DNA of 64,000 nucleotides, taken from Trichosphaerium sp. ATCC 40318. Its lineage: Eukaryota; Protista; Tubulinea. The position numbers and the translations under genes are program-made. The first letter of the stretch is position 1. Every line of letters starts with the position of its first letter. The notes beneath the pieces were generated by a model. It was not told the DNA's origin. It did no database searches and worked only from the letters and a program-made list of their open reading frames with translations. The DNA lies in the NCBI GenBank assembly GCA_038496445.1, contig JALMLS010000577.1, positions 1,178,001 to 1,242,000 of the forward strand. The letters are read 5' to 3'. Positions 54,601-64,000 of the stretch are shown piece after piece.

Positions 54601-57540
54601 GTGATGACTGCTTTCCATTCACCCATGGAGGTGTGTTATTGTAATTCTGTTGCCAGTTGTTACCCTGAGGTTGTTTCGGCCATTGGTTCTGCACTTGATT
54701 GATGTAATTCATTTGATTATTCATTTGCGCGGTTGATGCGAAACAACTTTCAGTGTAGGATGCTATTTCTAACGCTTTGGCTAATCGCATACCCATTTGT
54801 TTACCGCGTAATTGTAGCGCTACCTGTCCGTTGATGCTTGTATGTAAACTGTTAAGGAATTTTTCGGCTTGTTCTTCTTCATTGTATAGGGAACGATCAC
54901 CTATACTCTTGACTTGTCTAAACCAATTCTGTACGTTGAGATTTAACCCTTCTTGTGTCATAGTACTGAATTGCTTTCGTGATTTGACTACTTCCGCGAA
55001 TGAACGAAAGCGAGCGAGTAGTGCGTGAAGAATCTTTTGAGGTTTATCCTTTAAACTGAAATTGTGTACTATCTCACCGGCTTCGCCTTTGGTATAATTC
55101 TGTAAACAATAGTTGTATGCTTCTTGATCGTAATTGTTGCTGTCGACGTATTTCTGAACACTACGCAAAAATTCATGGAGATCACCATTGTCACCGAATT
55201 TTTCTAAATCGGGATTTCTATGTTTAGGTGTTCGCTTGATTGTATCACTCCAATCGATGCCCACAACCACTCCGTTTTCGTAATGTCGGTGTGGTAGGTA
55301 ATTCAAAAGCATACTCTTAACCATGGCACTATATTTAGGAGCACCATTGGCATCGAGCTCATCTAGGCGATCGATTTCTCTTCGTTTATCCTGCGATCCT
55401 CTACGAGCACGTTTATCACGTTTGTCACGGGAGTGATCAGATCTCGAACGACTAGAGCGGCGTAGAGACAGTGACGAGCGCTCTAGCAAAGTGCCCAAAG
55501 AAACAACCACACCACTAACAACAACAACAACAACCAGTGTGTAGTGTGCACGTCTTCTGTATAGACCGCACCCCCTCCGAACGTCCCTTGACGAGTTGGG
55601 CACTTCGCTAGAGCGCTCGTCACTGTCTCTACGCTGCTTACGTTTTTTAGATTTGCGTCTCGAAGGGGATCTATCACGGCGATCATCACCATCTTCACTG
55701 TTACTGGGAGACGATGGTGGCATCATCATCGGGTGGATGACAATAGCGACTCTTAGATTTGTGTTTGTGTACTTTCTTCAGGGCTGAAACTCAGCTAGGC
55801 ATTGCCTTAAAAAATGATGCATATTCCTAACATTTGGCATTAGATGGCAAAATCAAGGCATTTGCATTTGGCAATGCCCAATAAAATAAGGCATTTTTAC
55901 AAAAAGGCAATGCCTTCAGCAAAAAGGCATTAATACCAGGCATTTTTGGGCATCTTTTGGCATTGCATAAAATCAGGTAATGCCTTGTATTGCATTTTTT
56001 GGCATTGTGTAAAATCAAGTAATGCCCTGTATTGCAAGTACTTTATGCCTTTATTATGCTTTATTTTTTTAAGCAATATATGCCTTGTATTTTAATTCAT
56101 ATATAAGGCATTGCCTATACTATATCATAGGACTGATCACATTAAGGAAGTGGTTTAAGGTAAGTAACAGTCAAACAACTTTTACACTTTTTTTTTCACA
56201 TCACCTACTGACGTTTTATATAGATAGGCACCTAGCGCTCTTAGTAATTCATGAAATTAGACGAAACCGCCCCCAAACGAACCGCAGCACCCTATTTCAC
56301 CTACAACAGTAGTAGGAGTGAACTCCGCGATATTTCCAGGACCGCGGAATTCTAACACTACAAGGTAAGTTTTTTTTTTTTTTTTCTACACCATCTCATA
56401 TTTTCTTTAAGGTTTTTTCAAATGTGGACTTAGGAGTTTTGTGTATTGTATGTGTACTGTATTATAAAATAAATAGTTGTGTTATTACCTGAAAATGCCC
56501 TGGTTTATTAGGCACTGTAGACTATGATAATGCTTTTTTTTTGCCTTCAAAATAAGGCATTGATGCATGAGTTATGCCCTAATTTGAAGGCATAATTCTT
56601 TAAAATATGCAGACAAAACCATTGCAATCTTGTGTACCAGATGCAAGCATTTCTCATCAAATATAAGGCATTTTTGGAGCAAAAAATAAGGCATTGCCCT
56701 GTATTTGCTTTTTTGAATGAGGCAAAAACTAGGCATTTTTGTAAAAAATAAGGCATTATTTGATGAAAATGCCTAGGCATTGTCCAAAAATGCCTTGTTG
56801 AGTTTCAGCCCTGTTGGAGTGTTTCTTTCTCTCATGTTTCTTTGTTTCGCGTTTCTTACGTTCGTCAGCGCTCTTGGATGAGTAACTTTCCGATGTCGAA
56901 TGCAACAACCTTCTTTTACTTAGCGTTTCTCTTTTCTTCGATAGGCTCTTCTTTTCGGATATAACTTCGACTTCCGGGGTAACAACAGAGGCGCTAGAAT
57001 CAACATTGGGTTCATTGGAATCCCCAAAAAGAGGAGAGCTTTTGTTTGTTTTCAGCTCGGATAATTGAACGGGAGTGATATTCTCTCCGTCACCTTTTTC
57101 AGGTTGTACAAACTGCTCAGCAGTATCACAGGGCTTACTTATTTCCTTAATGACGTCTGAGCTTGTCGGAACAGCCGGGGGGACTGTCTTGGTCGGAGAA
57201 CTCGGAGAGTTCGGAGGTGTGATAACTTCAGTTGTGATTTCTTTATTAATATCCGAGGCCTTTTTACTTTCTTTATCTAGCTTAGGTATCGATACTACCG
57301 CTTTTTTGGATGGCGGCGGAGATGTGATTTGTGGTTTCGGAAGAGCTTCAGGGGATTTCGGATTGGTACTAGCAGGTTTTTTCTTATGGGTTTTACGTTG
57401 GAACTTCTTCTTAGGAGCCCCGGCGGATAACTTCTTCGTACGCTGTTGTTTAGGCGTACGTTGTAGGTAAGGTTCGTTGGTGTGTCTGGTCTTCTGTTTG
57501 TCGGTCATACGCTGGTTTTCAAATTCGAGTCGTGTCGCCA
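51653..57540 (-). pseudogene. gag-pol pseudogene
   Basis: In-frame TGA at 52844-52846 replaces the conserved Trp of SxWSSP. There is a TIR insertion at 55779-56813, a frameshift near 55730 and truncation after RNase H. Confidence 0.85.
55779..56813. mobile_element. Non-autonomous TIR element (family D) inserted in gag
   Basis: Perfect 15-bp TIR CAGGGCTGAAACTCA / TGAGTTTCAGCCCTG, TT/TT target duplication, and dense GGCATT/AATGCC subterminal repeats at both ends. Confidence 0.92.
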
Positions 57541-57545
57541 AAATA

Positions 57546-57659
57546 TGTTAAGGCTATTTTAGGAGGAGAGGTCAACTGTGTATTTATTGTGTGATTATGC
57601 ATCGTACACCGGAGATAGTACGGAGTAGTGCGTTTTACAATATGTAGTAGTGTGATACA
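57546..57659 (-). repeat. Putative 5' LTR (~114 bp)
   Basis: TG...CA termini (TGTATCAC...CCTTAACA on the minus strand), internal AATAAA, and PBS-like TATTTTGGCGAC immediately after. No second copy is in the window to confirm it. Confidence 0.6.
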
Positions 57660-57671
57660 GGAATGTGTATA

Positions 57672-58965
57672 AAAACTCTCTTACACTATCGCTCTTCTTT
57701 TGGCCTTTGTAAGCACAGGCTATTGTCAGCGCCCTCCAAGTTTTATTGTAAGTAATCCAAATGGAATGATCAGCCAGGTAGTTTCCGAAAGTATAGACTT
57801 GAACAGTGGTACATAACTATTTGCTGCTAATACCTAATTTACATTACTTTGTTTCCCGGATACAACACGTGTCGTTAATAAAAGGTAGACCCTGAATTAT
57901 TCGGTGTTACATTCGAAAATCTTACTCCCTTACCTGTGAGACCTATATCTGCCGCACTAAGTACGTAGTTTGCATTTCAAAAATCAAGAAGATAAAACCT
58001 TTCGGATTATGCGTGTTTGGCGTTAATTTTTTTTAAGTACCTTCTCTGGATGGGTCTCTTTTAGTGTTGTTCCAAGGGGAAGAAGTTGTAGTAAAAACAG
58101 AAAGTGATGTAGAAGTATGTAGAGGAGATAATGGATTGGACAGATTAACTGCTATCTACAATGATGGGAACTTTGTTTCTGAAAACAAGTTCGTAGTACT
58201 CGAGTCATCTAGCCAGTTTATAGAATACACACTTAACCCTTCTTCACCTGAATGTATTTCAATGGTACCGTCCTGTACTTTTGCGCTTGAGGCTCAGCAA
58301 TTTATTTTACAATGTACGTAAAAGTGGAGTTGAACAACTAAGATCTGAGGGTCACCCCAGACAATAAACGGCGTGTAAAGAGCTGACTGAACCTAGTTGC
58401 CATTGATGGTGATGTGATGTACTTGTTAGTACATACTTCTGGGATAGCAACAATACACCGGGTTCCAACTTCGACATTACTTTCTGGAGCCCCATGCGAA
58501 TATACGTTGGATGCCATGACATTATTTGTAGAGGGTTTGTATCCCACCACTTCCAATTTAGACATACTAGATGATGATAGGCTCATAATTAGTGTTGGTT
58601 TTGATACTTCGCAAGTAGACAAAGTGACAGGTAATTACATTTGTAGTAGAAACTGACGATTAACTGAATTATTTGAGGTGCTGTAACTACATACGGGCAA
58701 ATTACTTTTCCATCCTATGTTTACTACCCTGGATTTAATCCTCTGCCAGCGTGTGTTTCAAGGTCAGATAAAGTCTCCTAGACGATCCTTTGTATTCTTG
58801 GTTTTTTGCGTATTTTTTGAGAATGTTTGTTGTTGAACCTTATTTGATTTAGGAAACGAGCAATAGCTTCTGATGAAGAAAGAATACGGCTCTTACACCG
58901 TTGAATTTATAACAAACATCCGTTATAATAAAACAGTTGGTAGTGTAGCTTTGAACGTTTTCTAG
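57672..58965 (+). CDS. Putative secreted protein, possibly a pseudogene (no in-frame ATG before the signal peptide)
   Basis: Signal-like KLSYTIALLLAFVSTGYC followed by spliceable beta-rich exons. The 5' and 3' frames are problematic. Confidence 0.4.
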
Positions 58966-59248
58966 TCAAGATACAAAACTCTTCTTCTAAGTGACCAATA
59001 AAAAAGATTAATGCTCCAATTTTAAGTTTGTCCGTACTCATGACCTAAACCTTTTTCATCCTCATAGTTTGTGTTATAGGTGCTAGCATGTAACTAAACC
59101 ATTTTGCTTGTTAGCACAAACTTTATGCTCACAATGATGAACAAAACCGAGTTCTTTTTTATCGACAATACAAAACAGTCTTTTAGATGAAACGTCTACT
59201 TTAAATTACTTTATTAACCTAGTATACCACTGAGTCTCCTTTTGCGCA

Positions 59249-60161
59249 TCAAAATTCTGATGGCTTCTTGCCACTTTTCTTTACATAGTTCTCCCATTTA
59301 TCCAAAGGCCAAAAGAAAAGCATGTTTTCAAAAGTACTTAAATTGTAAACAAGCTTCTCATGCTTCTCTAGCTCTTCTGCTTCTTCTTTTACTTGTTTTT
59401 TAAATCCAGGCGAAATTAATTGCATAAAATAAGACCCTCTATTAGTGCCTTCGTCTTGTAGGAACTTTTTATAGTTGGAAAAGTAGAGAATGCATAAAAT
59501 GATGTATATAAGGTTTTCGATTTGCAAAAAACTTAAGATATTTTTGCTTGTCTGTTCAAATGAAGGCGATATTATACGAATACTGTTGATGTAATCAAAG
59601 AGAAAGAATATAGATACGTATTCTATAAGAGGAGGTATGGTATCAATGGCCAAGTTAATGAAAAAGAACAACACGCCTAAAGAGAAGAGTTAAGCAAGAG
59701 ACACGAGAAAATGCGTTGTGTTTTTTTTGGAATTTTTTTTGGGTTTTGTGTGGATCACGTGATCAAGTACCTAAACATTTGAATGGAGAAATCCATACTA
59801 TAGCTTCAGTAAGAACATCCAAGAACACAATCGCCGTTTCAGCGAGTAGTAGAATGTAAAACAATTGCGAAGAGTAAATAAGCTCTTCTGCTTCTTCTAC
59901 AAAGATTTTCTCCTCGAACGTGACCGATATATTCGCCACGTGCTCCAATTCATGAGTAAAATGTTCTATACGAACCATACCAACAACAGAGAATGCCAGA
60001 GCAAGTACTAAGCCACCAATGATAACAATTAAAGCATTTCGTCTTCTTTGTTTTAATATCTTTTTTACTTTATGATGTACTGAGTGTTTGACGCGCTCAG
60101 TAATACTTAGCCCTTGAGAACGAAGTTCCTCGTCAGAATTGCTTTCTGAAGCTGCAGCCAT
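59249..60161 (-). CDS. Hypothetical multi-pass membrane protein (2 exons)
   Basis: ORFs 59763-60161 and 59249-59674 can be joined by one intron and contain several hydrophobic segments. Confidence 0.65.
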
Positions 60162-60441
60162 TGTAAGAATTTAAACTAAGTAGCGATTGGCTTAAACAAG
60201 GTAGTGAGGTTCTTCTGATGGTGCACCTACAACAAAAACACGTAAAGATAATCCTTAGCAGTCGGCAGGAAGTATTATTGTGACAGAATTGTGAATTACT
60301 ACTTGTATTGACCAAGCAGTTTATCGATAATAAAAATGACTAACTTGGAGATGAATGTCATTGGTTCTACCGACCATTCGGGGCATAAGTGAAACAAAGA
60401 ATAGCATGTGCAAACTTTTTATTCCTTACAGCGTGAGAGTC

Positions 60442-61480
60442 TTACTTTGTAGCTTCCAGTAATACAGTGTAGTCAAACCACTTTAATATTTCTTCAAAAG
60501 ACTCCTTTGATAGTCCAGTTTTACCCAAGTCATCATTGTCGTACTCCTTGAGTGCATTCAATTTACGTATTTTTGAGAACCCTGCTTTTTTTAGACAATC
60601 GATTGCTGTTGACTCCTTGTAGTCGTATCCCTTTAGGTTAACACCTTCTCCACTTTCTAATCTTACTGTATAGTTATATTCAACAGCATCTGTAGGTTCT
60701 TGTGGGATCTTAGATAAGTCCAATTGCGTTATACATCCATAAGCCTTTAGTGTTTTTTGATCTTAGACAAAAAATAAGTTTTCAAAAAAAAACATCACGC
60801 TGTTAGTCATGTTACCTTTCTTCAACAACGCTTTATTTAACGGGAAAATAATATAGCATTTCCCATTAGCAGCTGTATAACCGAATAAACTATTTATCAT
60901 AGTTTGTAAGGCTTCAACGCTCTGAGCACACTGAAGGACATAGTTGCATAAAACAAGTTCGAATTGTTCTCCTTTTTCTGCAGCAGTTGTACTTCCAAGT
61001 GCAACAGTATCAAACCTTGATATAGGTTAACAATAGAACTCATCGCATGCCACTAACAGAAAAACTTTGAAGAAGAAAGAAAAGACTCACGATGCATCAA
61101 TGTCCAAAGACTTGGCTCTTTTTTTCGCTTGTGAAATCATATCACTCGATTGATCGATCCCTGAAGCACGTGCGCCTCTCTTTGATGCTTCAAATACCCA
61201 ATCACCTAGTTTTGAAACCAATTAACAACGTACGTAGTGAAAAAGCGCGTATTGTGAGTTTTAAGGTTGTTTACTGCTAAGTCTTTGTATATTCGCGTTT
61301 AATTGTACCTGTACCGCATCCAGCGTCTAGAATAGACTTGTTTTTTATGTTTCCGAGTAGTTTGAATATTTGAGAGCGAACGTAAGGTTTAAGAAAGTTT
61401 CCTTTACCTCCATACACTCTACTCCATTTCTCAGCAACGTTTTGGGTATATAATGCGGCTGGTGCTATTGTCTCGCTCAT
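60442..61480 (-). CDS. Class I SAM-dependent methyltransferase
   Basis: Motif I ILDAGCGTG and FELVLCNYVLQ. Multi-exon. Confidence 0.85.
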
Positions 61481-62030
61481 GTTGTGTTCTGATTTGTTAT
61501 GTCAAGTCCAAAAAAAATTGGGGTTTCACAAGAAAGCAATAATTTGGGGTTCAAATCCACCCAAAATGGTGCATTGTATGTCATGAATGTCCCTTGTTTA
61601 AGAGGTACCCGTGTTGCTGTAAGAGCGCTAAATCTGTTAGTTGCAAGGATAGGTTACCATCTCTAAATAGAAAGTGTTTCTCGTGGGTTATTAAATGTAC
61701 TAATCTAGAGCGCTCGTTACCAATTTCAACGTATAGCTTGTGTGGAATTAATCTCTTAGAAACTAGTCTCTTGTATAGAAGTAGAATTTGAAAAAAGAAG
61801 TGAAATAAGCGTGGAAATATGCAGAGAAAATCTTGACAATCTTGATACGTATACAATACTTCTAGAGCACTTCTTTAAATAGAATTGATTCGCGATATTT
61901 AGTGAGAGAAGGCACGCGAATGGACTTCTAAAAAGAACAGGAACTCCCGTTTAAAACAAGCCAACATGATGCAAACAAAACTCTTTAATGAAGTTACTAC
62001 ATACCTACGGTAGAGGTTTATAAACTCAGT

Positions 62031-62948
62031 TCATCTTTCAAAGTAATACTCTTTCATTAAAGTGCCATTCTTCTCCCAAACTTTATAATCTCCCTTCAGC
62101 TTGCTGTTGACATAAAAGCAATCAACGAGTATTTGACTGGTTTCATGCCACTTCCTAAACTCTCCTTCGAGTTTGGCATCTACATAATAGCACTGCATAT
62201 ACAACTGGCCGTTATCATACCACTCTTGATAGTGTCCATCCAGATCACCATCGGAGTAACTGCATTCAACAAACATCTTACCATTCACATGCCATTCCTT
62301 GTATTCTCCGTTTAATGTACCACGGGTATGTTTGCTCAGTTTGCGAGGTTGACCGTCTTCATCCCATGCTCTAAATTCTCCTTCTAGTTTGCCTTTAACA
62401 TGATGGCAAAGTATAGAAACTTGTCCGTTTTCATGCCATTGTTTATATTCTCCTTCTCGATTATCATTCCTATACTTGGTGTACATCTTCAACTGTCCGT
62501 TCTTGTACCATCTCTTGCAATCTCCTTGTAGCCTATCGTTCAAGAAACACCGCTGTTCTTTTAATTGGACACCATCATACCACACTTGGTAATTACCAAA
62601 GCGTTTGCCGTGTTTCCAAAATTGTTGCCGAACCACGTGATCGCTTGTTATTACAACTTGTCTAACGCCTTTAACCTCTGATTCTATTTGATTGACAGCG
62701 TGTTGCTTCCAACTACCTTGTTTCCTCAAGTATCTATCAAACCTTGTTGTGATTGCCGAGTACCTAGAAAATAGAGGCCACTTCAAATAAACCTCAAAGT
62801 CTAGCTTGATAATCTTCTGTTGTATTTTTTGGGGAAGGCGTAGTAGCAATGGGTTCCAAAAAGCTGTGTCTGACTTCTTTATCTATTTGTTTATCAGTTT
62901 ACTTAACAAGCACGTTATTATTACCTCCTTAGACGATGTTTGGTCCAT
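62031..62948 (-). CDS. MORN-variant (YwqK-like) repeat protein with an F-box-like N-terminus
   Basis: About seven 24-aa repeats GxYKxWxxNGQ...Y and N-terminal LLRLPQKIQQKII. A short first exon (MDQTSSKE) is spliced on. Confidence 0.85.
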
Positions 62949-63327
62949 AATAATCGCTAAGCGTTTGTGTTGTGAAATGCTAACGGTGGGTCAAGAGTGG
63001 CTTTTCGACTTTCAATCTACTTGATTGATTTCTACTCAATCGTACAAAGGTTCTAGCTATCTAAATAAATTTAATAATCTGTTCCCAGAAACTCTTAGAG
63101 TACATAATACACAACTTGCAAGGTTTTAGCTAGTAGTAAGGCAACTCAGTTGTTTAAAATAGCTTGAATATGAAGTTTATGGGGATCCTTTTTGTGTTTC
63201 TTGCAAAGCAAGTTCCCGTGGAATCAAACTATGATAGTGAAGTAGTTGTGACAAGGAGTAGTGAATATAAGTTTATTGGTGTATGCACGCTGTATCTAGC
63301 AATAAGTTCAGGCGATATGCCAAACAC

Positions 63328-64000
63328 TCAGTCACTGCTTGTCGAGTCACTTCTGGCAATACCATCAGAAAATGAGAATCCTTTGCGGTAGTATAATCTA
63401 GTGACTGTTTAATACAATCTGAAGTTAAGATAATATTACATACCTATGACCATATAAAGCCACTGCAATGATAAGGGACAATAATACAACTACTCCTACT
63501 ACAGAGAGTATGACAACATACAAATTCACATCTGCCTTTCTGCAATCATTTGTATTGATGGATATTGCTACTGCAAAACCACGTGCGTTAGTACTCTCTA
63601 CTGCTTCTATTCTCTCGCATGCATTCTATCATAGTATTAGATAAGAAACAGCTAAAGACAGAAAGACGTACGGATGTAGTTCCACCAATAAACTCAACAG
63701 TTGTGCTCTACCAATACATAACTTTGTGATATGCATTAATCTACGTACTTGGGATTTACACTGTGTGAAAACTTGGATCACAACTTCACCATCTACGTAT
63801 GTTCTGTTATTTAATCTTACTTTGATACCTTCAGTAGCTGATATACATCCGTTTATTGTCACCATAGTTTCGTTTGATTCAATAGTGATCGATCCTAATA
63901 CGTGCGCTGAGTTTCATAAAGATAAATCCTATTCCACTTACCTTGTTGAACGCTGAAGTTTCCATTAATTATGACATCATTGATGATCACAATACCAGTC
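63328..64000 (-). CDS. 3' part of a single-pass membrane protein (starts beyond the window)
   Basis: Beta-rich extracellular exons, TM segment LYVVILSVVGVVVLLSLIIAVALY, and a short tail ending TGA at 63328-63330. Confidence 0.65.

Larger units (their letters stand above)
51653..57659 (-). mobile_element. Ty3/Gypsy LTR retrotransposon, decayed and 3'-truncated (no integrase or 3' LTR seen)
   Basis: Order on the minus strand: LTR, PBS-like TTTTGGCGAC, gag with CCHC knuckle CERCRVGGHLAQEC, protease ILDSGAS, RT (WRVCIDFR, MPFGLKNA, YVDD), RNase H (VDASG, YSDHKPL). Confidence 0.95.

Noticed and set aside
57517-57540. TTCGAGTC...CCA resembling a tRNA 3' end
   Set aside because: The spacing from the T-loop-like motif to CCA is too short and no cloverleaf forms. 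It is the antisense of the retroelement PBS region.

Overview
This is an AT-rich, intron-dense eukaryotic genomic window with short (~40-100 nt) introns, standard code and TAA/TAG/TGA stops. The gene content is consistent with an amoebozoan-type protist (inference; species not identifiable). Bases 1-44.4 kb are gene-dense. They hold a tandem ADF-H actin-binding protein, an LRR protein, a PH-PAS-STE20-like pseudokinase, DUF1294, an intronless candidate ADP-ribosyltransferase, eIF2A, a divergent P-loop NTPase and a cytochrome P450. They also hold a VIT-vWA protein, RhoGAP, a tandem CX9C protein, a secreted bacterial-like protein, RBM28/Nop4, PDH E2, hexokinase and beta-COP. Bases 44.8-57.7 kb are a nested repeat island of CAG-terminated non-autonomous TIR elements, telomere-like repeats and a decayed Ty3/Gypsy element. 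Bases 57.7-64 kb hold five more genes. The top observation is that the VIT-vWA protein carries an embedded Rab-like GTPase with motifs in the order G2-G3-G4-G5-G1. This apparent circular permutation differs from the known G4-G5-G1-G2-G3 type. All gene models were spliced by hand and are predictions; no database searches were run.
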